Shown: positions 37,001 to 50,620, numbered from the stretch's first letter. The stretch is 64,000 nt of DNA from Scyliorhinus canicula (GCF_902713615.1 NC_052158.1:42027729-42091728); one strand, 5' to 3'. Notes: generated by a model from the letters alone, not told the origin. Program-made: numbers and translations.

Positions 37001-40000
37001 TGTTAGGCAGGTTGGTTCAATGTGGACTGCACTCAATGCATGGAAGCTAGAAACAGACGTCTAACACTGGAGAAGATCCAACACTGTTTTATTCAACTAT
37101 AGAACTGCTATACATATTCAGCTGTGGGTCGACACTATACTGATCTGACTGGTGACCTTGTAGTAGCCTGACCAGACTTACTAGCTACCACATGGTGTTT
37201 GCACTGGCTAGCTCGTGGACTCTGACTGTCTTGGTGGTTGGGTCCAGAGAGAGCAGGAAACCTAGTGCAATCTGGCTTTATAGTGGTACTGTCCTATCTG
37301 GTGATTGGCTGCCCTGTGTTGAATGCTTACTGGTCATCCTGTGTGTCAATCACTGCCTGTCTGCATCTCATTATATACATGAGTGGATATTATGACGTCT
37401 CCCCTTTTTTTTAGTTAAATAAATACTAAGGTATGTATGCGTATGTTATATATATATATGTATGTATGTACCTGACTACAAATGGTGCTTGAACAAACGT
37501 GTATATACATGGGAAGGTGTCGAAAGTGCAGATACATGGCAAACAAAGCAATAGCTACAGAGGTTAAATCGATGAATTCAGTCACAAAATGTGCAAAAGT
37601 TCAGTCTCCAGATTTAGTCTTTGTGGTGGGCGACGAATTCTTGTTGATCATCAAAGAGGTGGATCAGGAGCCGCCTGCACGTGGAGAGGTGGGATTGCAG
37701 CGATCGCGATGGTCGCGTGGGCCCGGCAGGATTGCTGGTAGCTCGGTGGCCTCATGGTAGGGTACGTCCAGAGGAAGCATTATAGGCGGCGGAGCACTGC
37801 GGTCAGGTAGTGGGAGTGGAACTCTTCGCTGTGCCCGTCTGTTGCGCTGTAGCAGGGAGCCATCAGCCATGCAGACAAGGAAAGATCTTGGGGCCACTTG
37901 TTTGATAACATCAGCTGTGGCTGACCAGCCGCCCTCAGGCAACTGGACCGAACATGATCAGTTGGGACCAGTTCGGGTAGATCCGTGGCATGAGCATCAT
38001 ATGTGACCTTCTGTTGGGCCTGGGACTGCTGCATTTTTTCTAAGACTGTGAGGTGGTCAATGTCTGGAACATGGATGGCTCGAACTGTGGTCCTCCATTA
38101 CCAGCCTCACCGGACAGGCGCTGGAATGTGGCGACTAGGGGCTTTTCACAGTAACTTCATTGAAGCCTACTCGTGACAATAAGCGATTTTCGTTTCATTT
38201 CAGAGTGCGATTCATGAGCATCTGCGCTGGAGACAACCAGTGGACAGTAGGGTTGCCCTGTACCCCATCATTGCCAGGTTGAAGTTGGAGCCCGAGTCTC
38301 ACCACTTCTGGGTCACTGGAGAAGTAGTCGACCAGGAGTACATAGTCACGCCCCTTGGCGTGGAAAAGGTCGACACCTACTTTGGACCACGGAGAGGTCA
38401 CGATCTCGTGCTGTTGCAGTGTTTCCTTGGGTTGAGTCTTCTGACAGGTAGGGCAGTTGAGGACCGTGTTGGCAATGTCCTGGCTCATGCCCAGCCAATA
38501 AACTGCCTCGGCATTTCTCGACCCCAAGGTGACCCTCATGGAGTTGACCCAGCACCATAGCCTGCATACTCTGAGGAATTACGATCCTGTCGAGTTTCAG
38601 AAGGATTCCCTCCACCACCGTCAGGTCATCTTTTCCATTTAAAGAATTGGGGACATTGTCCCTTCTGCCAGCCATGGGTAAGGTGCTGCATCACACGCTG
38701 CAGTAGAGGATCCTTGGCCGTTTCCTCACGAATCTGGACCACCCGTTCGTCAGAGGCTGGGAGGTTGGTGGCACACAATTGCACTTGTGCTTCTATGTGG
38801 CAGATAGAACATAGAACAGTACAGCACAGAACAGGTCCTTCGCCCCTCGATGTTGTGCCGAGCAATGATCACCCTACTTAAACCCACGTAACCCGTATAC
38901 CCGTAACCCAACAATCCCCCCATTAACCTTACACTACGGGCAATTTAGCATGGCCAATCCACCTAACCCGCACATCTTTGGACTGTGGGAGGAAACCGGA
39001 GCACCCGGAGGAAACCCACGCACACACGGGGAGGACGTGCAGACTCCACACAGACAATGACCCAGCCGGGAATCGAACCTGGGACCCTGGAGCTGTGAAG
39101 CATTGATGCTAACCACCATGCTACCGTGAGGCCCCTAATGAAGTCACCTTGTTCACACGGTGGACCTGGATAGGGCATCTGCAATAATCAGCTCTTTGCC
39201 TGTCGTGTAGACAAGTTCGAAGTCATAGCGGCGGAGTCGAAGAATAATTCGCTGTAACCAAGGTGTCATGTCATTTAAATCCTTCTGGATTATGTGGACT
39301 AGAGGCCTGTGGTCCGTTTCCACCGTGAATTTCGGCAGGCCGTAGACGTAGTCATGAAACTTGACTATTCCTGTCAGGAGACCCAGACACTCCTCCTCAA
39401 TCTGAGCGTACCGTTGCTCAGTGGGCGTCATGGCCCTGGAGGCATACGCCACTGGAGCCCAGGATGAGGAGTCATCTCCTTGGAGGAGCACCGGCCCAAT
39501 GCTGTCCTGGCTTGCATCAGTAGATATCTTGGTTTCCTTGGTTGGGTTGAAGAGCGCTAGAACTGGGGCTGTGGTGAGCTTTGCCTTCAGCTCACGCCAT
39601 TCCTCTTCATGCGTGGGCAGCCACTGGAATTCCGTCGACTTCTTGACGAGATGGCGGAGGGCCGTGGTGTGGGATGCCATATTGGGAATGAATTTCCCGA
39701 GAAAGTTGACCATCCCGAGGAAGCGGAGGACCGCCTTCTTGTCCTCCGGGGTCTTCATGGCTTTGATCGCCGAGACCTTGTTGGCATCTGGCTGCACGCC
39801 CTGCTGCGAGATGTGGTCACCTAGAAACTTAATATCCGATTGACCGAATGAGCACTTGGCCCTGTTGAGCTGGAGACCATGTTCATGAAATCTCTGGAAG
39901 ACCTGCTTGAGGCGAGTGATGTGTTCCTGGGGCGTTGTAGACCAGATAATCACGACGTCCACGTATACTCGCACCCCCTCTATGCCCTCCATCATCTGCT

Positions 40001-42409
40001 CCATGACGCGGTGAAACACTTCGGGGGCAGATATGATACCAAAAGGCATCCAGTTGTAGCCGTGGCGACCGAACGGGGTGTTGAACGTGCACAGCTTGCA
40101 ACTGGACGCGTCCAGCTGTATTTGGCAAAAGTCCCGGGAGGCGTCCCAGCTTAGTGAAGAATTTGGCATGAGCCATCTCACTGGTCAACTCTTCACGTTT
40201 CGGGATCGGGTAATGCTCCCGCATGATGTTGCGGTTTAGATCCTCAGGGTCAATGCAAATGTGAAGCTCCCCTGACGGCTTCTTAACACAGACTATGGAG
40301 CTGACCCAGTCTGTTGGCTCTGTGACCTTCGATATGATGCCCTGCTCTTGGAGGTCCTGTAGTTGCTTTTTCAGATGATCATTGAGGGGTGCCAGCACCC
40401 GGCCTGGTGCATGAATTACAGGGGTGGTGTTCGGCTTGAGCAGGATTTTATATTGGTACGGGAGCGTGCTGATTCCATCGAATATGCTGTGGTACTGCAT
40501 GATAACGTCTATTTCGGCTTGCAAGTTTCCATCAGGCGAGGCCGTTGGCGGTGACGATGACATGGTGTGGACTCACTGAACCACATTCAGGAGCTTGCAG
40601 GCGCGAGCACCTAGCAGGTACGCCCTGTCAGGCCTGACGATTTCAAACCGTAATGTTGCCTTGATCGCCTTGTTGGATACCCCTAGTTGACACGAGTCAC
40701 TGGCAGCTATGGCATTGCCATTGTAGTCAAGGAGCTGGCAGGCCGGTGGAAGAATGCTTCGTCTGGCGTGGATGGTATCGAGATGGGATTGTGAGATGAG
40801 GTTCGCAGATGCGCCGGTGTCCAGTTTAAATTGGATGCGAGCCTTGTTAACTGTGAGGACAGCACACCACTCGTCGTCGGGATCCACACTGAGGATCGAG
40901 TGGTGTTGCGCAAGTGTGGTGGAGGCCAGCTCATGTGTGGTTATGATGCCCACCCGATATGGAGACTTGAGGCACTCAGTATCAGGGTCAGTTGGGCTGT
41001 TGGGATCGGAATCTGGCATGTATTGTATTGAGCGGACACTTCTGCGCCAGAGCCGGGATGGCTGGCTGCTGAGCGGTGGAGCAGATCTCCAAAGGGCTGC
41101 GTAGTGGCCAATCTTGCCACACTGGAGACACCAGCGTCCTGTTGCCGGACATTGCCGCTTTAAGTGGGCGGAGTCACCATTCAGACACGTCAGCGCGTTC
41201 CGTACGACATCGCGCATGCGCAGTGCGGTTGGTCAATGTACGCACCTGCGCATTCGGGTTGTCGGCCTCGTCATCCACTCGGTCGTGGCGCGCATACGCA
41301 GGGACCCGGGAAAAGGGCGCGAAACGGCCACTCTCCTTGATGCGCAGGCCCTCCATTCGTGCGATGGCCTGCACCCTTTCTGCCTCATGGGAGGCCAGCT
41401 TTGCAATCTCTGCCGCCCTGACGTGGGAGTAACGATTCTTGGCATGCTCATGGACAGCGCATGTCTCGATAACGACAGAGAGGGTCAACTGTTTGATTTT
41501 CAGGAGCTGCTGCCGGCGGGAGTCAGAGTGGACCCCGAAAATGATCTGATCCCGGATCATGGAATCAGCCGTCGAGTCATAGTTACATGACTGCGCTAGG
41601 ATGCGGAGATGGGTCAAGAAGGACTGAAAAGGTTCATCCTTACCCTGAAGCCTCTGCTGGAAAACGTACCATTCAAAGCTCTCATTCACCTCAATGTCGC
41701 AGTGGCTGTCGAACTTCAGCAGGACTGTTTTGAATTTTGTTTTGTCTTTGCCGTCAGCGAACGTAAGGGAGTTGTAGATGTGGATGGCGTGGTCCCCCGC
41801 GGTGGAGATAAATAGCGCGATCTTCCTGGGATCCGATGCTGCTTCGAGGTGGGAGGCCTCGATGTACAAGAGGAACTTTTGCTTGAAGATTTCCCAATTG
41901 GTGCCGAGGTTGCCAGAGCTGCGGAAGAGGCTGGATGTTTTCCATTTCGCTGAATGGCTGCTTGCTGGTCAATGCTGATTTGCTCAAGGTAGGTCCGTCA
42001 AGATCAGTATGCCTCTGGTACCATGATGTGTAGGCAGGATGGTTCGATGTGGATGCAGGAAAGTTAGAAACAGACGTCGAACACAGGAGAAGATCCAATA
42101 CTGTTTTATTCAACGATAGAACTGATAAACATATTCAGCTGTGGGTCAACACTATACTGATCTGACTGGTGACCTTGTAGTAGCCTGACCAGACTTACTA
42201 GCTACTGCATGGTGTTTTGCTAGCTCGTGGACTCTGACTGTCTCGGTGGCTGGGTCCAGAGAGAGCGGGAAACCCAGTGCCCTCTGGCTTTATAGTGGTA
42301 GTGTCCTGTCTGGTGATTGGCTGCCCTGTGTTGTGTGCTTACTGGTCATTCTGTGTGTCAATCACTGCCTGTCTGCATCTCATTATATACATGAGTGGAT
42401 ATTATGACA
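37001..42409 (-). mobile_element. Ty3/Gypsy LTR retrotransposon (family 3, Mag-like), defective
   Basis: LTRs 37001-37397 and 42024-42409, PBS-like TGGTACCAGAGGC (rc of 42011-42023), PPT near 37398-37408, gag (41174-41869), protease FKLDTGA, RT/RNase H (39153-40560), partly deleted integrase; no TSD seen. Confidence 0.9.
38804..39134 (-). mobile_element. HE1-like SINE inserted in the family 3 pol
   Basis: Nearly identical to the 25858-26187 copy in reverse orientation. Confidence 0.9.
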
Positions 42410-42965
42410 GTGACTCACTGACCGGGGTCCGGAGTGACTCACTGACCGGGGTCCGGAGTGACTCACTGACCGGGGTCCGGAGTGACTCACTGACCGGGGT
42501 CCGGAGTGACTCACTGACCGGGGTCCGGAGTGACTCACTGACCGGGGTCCGGAGTGACTCACTGACCGGGGTCCGGAGTGACTCACTGAACGGGGTCCGG
42601 AGTGACTCACTGATCGGGGTCCGGAGTGACTCACTGACTGGGGGATGGAGTGACTCACTGGGGGATGGAGTGACTCACTGACTGGGGGATGGAGTGACTC
42701 ACTGACTGGGGGATGAAGTGACTCACTGACTGGGGGATGGAGTGACTCACTGACTGGGGATGGAGTGACTCCCTGATCGGGGTCCGGAGTGACTCCCTGA
42801 TCGGGGTCCGGAGTGACTCCCTGATCGTGGTCCGGAGTGACTCCCTGATCGGGGTCCGGAGTGACTCCCTGATCGGGGTCCGGAGTGACTCCCTGATCGG
42901 GGTCCGGAGTGACTCACTGATCGGGGTCCCGAGTGACTGACTGACCGGGGGGTGGAGTCACTCGC
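42410..42965. repeat. Right-hand continuation of the 24-bp minisatellite (variant units)
   Basis: Units GTGACTCACTGACCGGGGTCCGGA, then GTGACTCACTGACTGGGGGATGGA, then GTGACTCCCTGATCGGGGTCCGGA. Confidence 0.95.
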
Positions 42966-42967
42966 TG

Positions 42968-44800
42968 CCGATGTCAATAATTTGCCCTCGACTCCATGGG
43001 CTTGCACCTTAGTTAATACTCTCTTGTCTGGGGCTTTTTTAAATGGCTGGAAGTCCGTATAAATAACATCCTTAGACATTCCCAAGTCCACTACCTTAGC
43101 CACCTCTTCAAAAAATTCAATAAGATTAATCAGGAATGACCCTCCCTTCACAAATCCATGCTGGCTCTCCATGATTAACCAACATTCTTCAAGGTGCTCA
43201 GTTACCTCATTCTTGATTGTAGACTCCAGCAATTTCCCCATCACAGATGTCTGGTTAAACTGTCTGTAATTCCTGGTTTCCCCCTTTCACCCTTCTTAAA
43301 ATGTCGCGTGACAGGTGCAATTTCCCAATCCAGATGAGCTACTCCTGAGTCTAGGGGACCCTGAGAGATTATAGTTTGGGTATCCATAATGTGCTCCCCT
43401 ACTTCCTTTAACACCCTTGGATGGAAACAGTCAGGTCCTGGGGATTTGTCACTCTTTAGTTCCATTAATTTTCTAGTTACTGATGCTGTAGCTGTAGTTA
43501 TGTTAATTGTATTAATCCTTGTCCTCTACTGACTGTTCTAAGATTTGGTAAATTATTCACCTTTTCAGCTGTAAATGCTGAGGCAGAGTATTTGTTCAAC
43601 ATGTTTGCAATTTCCCCATTATCACTGACAATATCATCATTTTCAGTTTTCAATGGGCCTACATTGCTCTTCACCACCTACTTTCCCTTTATATAACTTT
43701 AAAATGTCTGCTTATTGCTGGTGATGTCTCTTGCAAGTTTCCTTTCATAATTCCTTTTAATAGCTCTTATAAACTGCTTTGTGACCCTTTGCTGGTCTTT
43801 GTATTCGTTGTATTCGTCCAGATCTGTGCTGTATGGCATTTTTGTAAGCCCTTTATTTTAGTTTCACGCTGTCCCTAATCTCTGCAATTGTCTATGGCTG
43901 CTTTATTTTGTGAAGTGGAGCTTTCTTTTCTCACTCTGTATCTTGTTAAGCGTTTCTTTAAGTATTCCCCACTGATCTTCGGACTTTTGACCCATTAACA
44001 GATCTTCCCAGTCTACCGTGGACCGTCTCTGTCTCATCCGTTAAGTCAGCCTTATCCAAGTCTAAAATTCTTGGATCTGAATCGAGCTTTTCACTTTCAA
44101 ACGCTACAATCATAGAATTTATCATAGAATTTACAGTGCAGAAGGAGGCCATTCGGCCCATTGAGTCTGCGGCTCTTGGAAAGAGCACCCTACCCAAGGT
44201 CGACACCTCCACCCTATCCCCATAACCCAGTAACCCCACCCAACACTAAGTTGGCCAATCCACCTAACCTACACATCTTTGGACTGTGGGAGGAAACCGG
44301 AGCACCCGGAGGAAACCCACGCACACACGGGGAGGATGTGCAGTCTCCGCACAGACAGTGACCCAGCCGGGAACCGAACCTGGGACCCTGGAACTGTGAA
44401 GCAATTGTGCTATCCACAATGCTACCGTGCTGCCCAATGAATTCAATCATGTTGTGATCACTATTTGATAAATGTTCACGCACAGTTGGCTCCTAATTAA
44501 ATTGGGCTCATTGTTCATAACTAAATCTGATATTGCCTGTTCCCTTTTTGCATCGAGAACATCTTGCTGTAAGAAACCATCCTGGACATATTCCAAAAAT
44601 TCACTACCTTCCTAATAGGTGTTTATCTGCCTCTTCCAATCTGTGTGTAAGTTAAAATCCCCCATTATTACTACTCTGCCTTTGCTACACACCTGCTTAA
44701 TTTCTGCATTTATACAATCTGGCACCTCAGAACTGTTATGAGGTGGTCTATACACAACAACCAATACTGGTTTTAGATCCTTTTCTGTTCCTCGGTTCCA
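42968..44800 (-). mobile_element. CR1 LINE ORF2 fragment with an HE1-like SINE (44110-44435) inserted
   Basis: KSPGPDCFHPRVLKE, SQHGFVKG, NLIEFFEEV, HLSNSDHNMIEF on the minus strand. Confidence 0.85.
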
Positions 44801-44809
44801 CTCATATAC

Positions 44810-47800
44810 GGCTGGATTCTCCGTTCCTGAGGCTTTGTGTAGACGCCAGTGGTGGATGTGTGTAATTTTACAGAAACATCAGCGCAACACCTATACTAAT
44901 TCAGCTACTTTAAATGGGCCAACACCGTTGCCATGTGGAACGCAATCAATTCCGTGCAAAACGGTGCCGGATTCGTTAGGTCTGTGAATGGCGCTCATGG
45001 GGCTCACACGCCGCAGCCGCATTTAAACGGTCCCCTCCCCCACACACACCGTCCCAGCCAACAAGATGGCTGGAAGGAGAGCAGCGTCACGGTTAAGGGA
45101 CGCTGAGCTGGACACCCTCCTGGACTCCGTGGAGGAGAGAAGGATGTCCCTGGCCCGGGAGGAAGGTCGTTGGATGCCGCCGTTCACCATGCTTGGGCAC
45201 AGGAGGGAGAGGCGGTCAGCGCCATGGACAACGTCGCCCAGATTGGCATGCAGTGCCGGAAGAAACTTCATGACCTTCTAAGGACGGTCAGGATGAGTCG
45301 GCTTCGCCGTACCCCTGGCACTATCCCCGCCCAGCCCGGGAGATGGCCGAACCCTCACCCTGCCTCACATGCCAGCACCCATGCCAGCCGCCATGGCCAG
45401 GTGACCTGGCCACCTACCACCCTACCACTGGGGTGCATGCGTCAGACCGTCTAATGGTGTTCTTGTATGTGTATCTTCCCCCCCCCCCCCACCCACTCCC
45501 CGCAGGAGGAGACTGGGCACAACCACCTGGAGCGGGAGAAGACCGGAGGGAGACCAGCAGAACTGCGGCCCCTCACCGTGCCCGAGCAGATGGGCCCTGA
45601 ACGAGGCTGGTGGCCCAGAGGAAAGGGATGTTGCCGGGGCGGAGTCCTGTGAAGGGCGAGCAAGTGAGACTCTGCTGAGAAGCGGTTGCCCATGACACGT
45701 ATGGAGACATCACCCGCACACACCCAGCCCGCTGTCTAATCATACATGTCGTCTTGTGTCTTGCAGGACCTGTGGGAGATGGGGCCCGTCTATCCGGAGT
45801 CCCCCTCCCCGAGCCAGTGTCGGAGCTGGCGTCCCCCCAGACAGCCGAACACTGACGGGGAGAGCAGCCTGAACACCAGCCCTCCACCCGAGACTCCGGA
45901 CACCCCGGAGTTCAGGTCAGAGGAGGACACGAACTTTACCGTCACTGCTGTCTCCAACACCCTCCACCATCCCAGAGACTATCACCTTGGTTGGGCACAT
46001 TAGTGAAGAGGCTCCTGGGACATTATCTGGTGTGCACCACACATCACATCCGGTACAGCAGGTGGAGGTAGGAGCACCCGAGGGACCGGATGGTCGGAGG
46101 GCAGGCCGACCCCAGGAACCAGCTGTCGTCCATATGAGTCCCAGACTTCAGGAACCTCCAGTCCCAGCCACAATGGAGACCCAAGGACCACAAGAGGGGA
46201 TGAAAGCCGGCATCCAGCACTGCAGGTGGAAGAGTCCATCCGTGTGCCAGCCAGGCCGACACCACACTTGCAGCGTCCGTGGTGGACGCTTTTGGCTATG
46301 GATCAGTGTATCAAAGGCCTGGGGCATTCTGTGCGGGCGGTGGCCAAGGCCTTAGGACAGGGCTGCACTCTCTCAGGCAGTGGCGCTCCATGGCTCAGTC
46401 ACAGCAGACCATGGCAGGGAACGTCAACGCCATTGCCCAGGCGCTGGTCGGCCTTGCGCAGGCACTGGGTGGGGTGGCCCAGTCCCAGAGGGAGGTGGCA
46501 CAGACCCACGGGTGGGTGGCATAGTCGGAGCGTGATGTGGTGCAGTCCCAGATGGAGATAGTCCACTCCCTGTGCTGCATGGCTGTGAACATGCAGACCC
46601 TGATCAAGACCAGAGCGGGCCTCCAGGACTTGCAGTGCCAGGTTTGTGGGGGGGGGGGGGGGGTTTCAGGTGATGGTTCCGCTCACACCCCTTCCAATGG
46701 AGAAGCTCGGGGGAGGGGGGGGGGGGATCGGGCACCTCGAGGGAGGAGGAGGTGCTAGGGCCCTTGCAGGTGACTCTCGCAGGGCAGGTGTCTCAACACC
46801 GCAGCACCTCGGACTCCCTCACTCCTGTCCCTGGTGCATCTGGTGGGCAGTACAGGATGGCACCATGCCACTCAGGACACCTGAGCAGCGGCCAGGCCGG
46901 GTCGCCCCAGGCGATGCGCACCAATGGGGACCCTCTTCACAGGGCAGAAGTCACAACAGGCTGTGGGTCTGTGCCACCTCCCTCTAGGACTGGGCCACCC
47001 CACTCCTGCTGTACCGTCTGGGGAACCACCTAGACGTAATGTTACGGCCCGTAAGGCCAGAAAGATAGACACCAGTTAGGTTGGCACAGGTGCAGGGCAG
47101 AGTTTAGTGAGAGGGACTAGGGCATAGACGTTACTTAACACCCTGTTAGCACCATTACAACCTGTCTCGGTGCACTGATAGGTGTGGCTGTGGGCTGGTC
47201 CAGGCTGGCCAGGAAGAGGGGAATGGGGTGGGGGTTGGCCAGTGCAGGCCCTGTGGAAGGACTATAAGACCATAAGACATAGGAGCAGAATTAGGCCACT
47301 TGGCCCATCGAGTCTGCTCCGCCATTCAATCATGGCTGATATTTTTCTTATCTCCATTCTCCTGCCTTCTCTCCATAACCCCTGATCCCCTTATTAGTAA
47401 AGAACCTATCTATCACTGTCTTAAAGACACTCAGTGATTTGGCCTCCACAGCCTTCTGTGGCAAAGAGTTCCACAGATTCACCACCCTCTGGCTGAAAAA
47501 AATCCTCCTCATCTCTGTTTTAAAGGATCGTTCCTTTAATCTGAGATGATGTCCTCTGGTTCCAGTTTTTCCTACACATGGAAACATCCTCTTCACGTCT
47601 ATTCTATCCAGGCCTTGCAGTATCTAGTACGTTTCAATAAGATCCCCCCTCATCCTTCTAAACTCCAACGAGTACAGACCCAGAGTCCTCAAACGTTCCT
47701 GATACGAGAAGTTCTTCATTCCAGGGATCATTCTTGTGAACCTCCTCTGGGCCCTTTCCAAGGCCAGCACATCCTTCCTTAGATACGGGGCCCAAAACTG

Positions 47801-48860
47801 CTCACAATACTCTAAATAGGGTCTGACCAGAGCCTTATGCAGCCTCAGAAAACATCCCTGATCTTGTATTCTAGCCCTCTTGACATGAATGCTAACATTG
47901 CATTTGCCTTCTTAACTGCCGACTGAACCTGCACATTAACCTTAAGAGAATCGTGAACAAGGACTCCCAAGTCCCTTTGTGCTTCCGATTTCCGAAGCAT
48001 TTCCCCATTCAGAAAATAGTCTATGCCTAGATTCCTCATTCCATACATAACCTCACACTTTTTTTCACCTTGTATTTCATTTGCCACTTCATTGCCTTTC
48101 TGGGACCCTTCCTGCCTCCAGTGATTCCTGAAAGATCATCACTGATGCCTCCACAATTTCCTCAGCTATCTCTTTTAGGACCTGGGGTGTAGTCCATCCG
48201 GTCCAGGTTACTTATCCACCTTCAGACCTTTTAAGTTTCCCCAGAACCTTCTCCTTGGTAATGGTCACTGCACTCCCCTCTGCCCCCTGGTGCTCTGGCA
48301 TCCCACTGGTGTCTTCCACCCTGAAGACTGATGCAAAGTAACTATTCAGTTCGTCTGCCATTTGCCATTCGTTTGTCATCTGTCCAACAGGACAGTGCTC
48401 CTACCGCTGTGATTCGACAAGACCGTGTGATGGACTGGCCAGCTCACTTGCAGGGATAACCCAGGTGGAAAGTGCTACCGTGGGCATGAGTCAGACATTG
48501 TCATACCATGTGAAGCACCAGAGCTTATCGCAGAGTGGGTTGTCATCAACCTCCATCCCATGGACCAGACCTGCTGTTACTGCCAAGCCAGGCGAGCTCT
48601 GTGAGATCCCGGACAGGTCCCCACTCGGCGACTGGAAGGACCCCGTTACATAGAAGTTCAGTGCAGCCGGGAGTGGGTGTCAACCCCCCCCCCCCCCCCC
48701 CCCCCAGGTTTACCATCATCTGGCAGATATGTCATACAGTCTCTCTGCTCATCCACAGTCTCCAACCGCATGCCCAGCTTGGCATGGTCATTTCAAAAAA
48801 TATTCATGAATTCTTTTGAAAACTTCCTGAAGACTCCTGATATGCTCTTCAGGTCTTGCT
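44810..48860. mobile_element. Harbinger DNA transposon remnant: Myb/SANT-like gene on + and transposase fragment on -
   Basis: Left end GGCTGGATTCTCC; MAGRRAASRLRDAELDTLLDSVEERR...W...QCRKKLHDL (45066-45290) and EREKTGG; minus strand 48593-48664 ALNFYVTGSFQSPSGDLSGISQSS is HARBI1-like. Confidence 0.75.
47262..48370 (-). mobile_element. CR1 LINE 3' portion inserted in the Harbinger
   Basis: RDLGVLVHDSLKV, TRGHHLRLKERSFKTEMRR, FFSQRVVNLWNSLP and an ATAAGAC-type tandem tail. Confidence 0.9.
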
Positions 48861-49980
48861 GACCAAACGATGATGTCGTCAACATAAACCCGAACTCCTT
48901 CTATGTTCTCGGTCACTTATTTGTTCCATCGTTCTGTGAAAAATTTCAGAAGTGGAGGTGATTCCACATTGAAACAGTACCTTCCAAAGGGTGTATTAAA
49001 AGTACAAAGAAGTTTACTGGAGTCTTCTAGTTGCCTTTGCCAAAACCCTTGAGATGCATCAATGGCATATTCTAGCATTTGCCATCTCTGCAGTGATATC
49101 ATCTTTCTTCGGTATAGGATAATGTTCTCTCTTGATACTTCTATTGAGATATTTTGGATCCATACAGATTCTTATTTCACCTGTAGGTTTTTTACACTGA
49201 CTAGGGAGCTTACCCTGTCAGTAGGTTGAGTAATCTTTGAGATTACACCTTGAGTTTAAAGACGTGACAATTCAGCTTTAAGTCGATCTTTAAGTGGAAC
49301 AGGAACACGTCTAGGTGGATTGATGACCGATTTGGCATCCTTATTCAGTTGAATTTTGTACAATGTGCCCATACCTTGAAATACATCAGGGTATTCCTGT
49401 AAGAGTTGCTGAATATCACCTGTTAGTGCATTTGATTGACAGGTATTCATAAAAATTCTCTGTATTAGCTGCAAATCTTTGCATACTTGAGCTCCAAGTA
49501 ATGATGAACGAGTATCATTGACAATCTCGAACTTTACTTGTTGTTGAATGTCTCTGTTTGTGACATTTAGGTAACACGAACCATGTGAGAAAATGGGATT
49601 GCCATTGTAACCATGCAATGAGCATTCTGGAGGTATCATTTCATAATGACTCTTTATCTTGGACAGGTCCTTGGAATTTAAGAGATTCACCAAGGCGCCG
49701 GTATCCAGTTTAAATGTAATTGGAATTGTGTTAATTACACAGTGGTCATCCATTTGTTGCTAACAATATTGACTCTTTAATCTTTCGTTGCTTGAAGATC
49801 TTCTTCATGCTCTTGATGAGGTGCCTTCATTGCTTTAAGATGATCCTTGATTGCTAGTAGATCATTCTCAATGGATGAATCAACTACACCGAGAAAGTGT
49901 TTTCTCATGAGAAAATTTCACTATCTTCCGTGAAGTCTTGTGTGTTGATTTCTTCTGTTTTGTCCACAGCTCATAGTTTG
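48860..49980 (-). mobile_element. Gypsy protease/RT fragment (family 3-like lineage)
   Basis: FKLDTGA protease, PPRRVPVPLKDRLKAEL, TFNTPFGRYCF and VRVYVDDII. Confidence 0.8.
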
Positions 49981-49994
49981 TGATATTTTTTGTG

Positions 49995-50180
49995 CAGTAA
50001 GAAGTCTTACAACACCAGGTTAAAGTCCAACAGGTTTGTTTCAAACACGAGCTTTCGGAGCGCAGCTCCTTCCTCAGGTGAATGGAGCAGTAAGTTCCAG
50101 AAACATTTATATTGACAAAGTCCGAGATGCTGGACAATGCTTGGAATGCGAGCATTTGCAGGTAATTAAATCATTACAGA
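49995..50180 (-). mobile_element. Penelope-like element terminal fragment
   Basis: Same AGTAAGAAGTCTTACAACACC...TTAAAGTCCAACAGGTTT terminus as 10794. Confidence 0.7.
50046..50080 (-). ncRNA. Minimal type I hammerhead ribozyme (Penelope-type)
   Basis: Minus strand reads CAC-CUGAGGA-A-GGAGC-UGC-GCUCC-GAAA-GC-UC-GUG; intact core, CUC cleavage triplet. Confidence 0.7.
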
Positions 50181-50620
50181 TCCATCCATTCTTCATCCAG
50201 ATGCATGGAACAACCATGGGGACCAAAGAGATGAGGCACCTCCATTTCTGAATTTGGGATCCAAAGATTTCAGGAAATTGAGAAGGCCTCTGCATCCCCA
50301 CTCGGAATTCAGGATCCAAAGGTTTCATGAAATCAAGAAGGCCTCTGCATCCCCATCCCCTTGTCATCCTTTTTAATCTTGGTAATTCGGGATGGACAGT
50401 AAATGTGCCTTTACTATGACAGGCGCACATCCTGACAGCAACAAACATCAGCTGGGCAGATATTGCGTTGTGGTCTTCAAAGGTAGCACGTGATGCTACT
50501 GAAAGAACAGTTGATATTTCTCCCATCATCTTAGTCGAGGTAATTTCCCTCCTGCCGTGGATATGAATAAATTTAATTTTCACCTTGCTGGGTATTTGCA
50601 GGATCTTGCTGTTTACTTAA

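Noticed and set aside
32744-37036. 1430-aa Pro/Ser-rich ORF on the minus strand
   Set aside because: The minisatellite unit has no stop codon in any minus-strand frame, so the ORF is a repeat artefact; it lies antisense in an intron.
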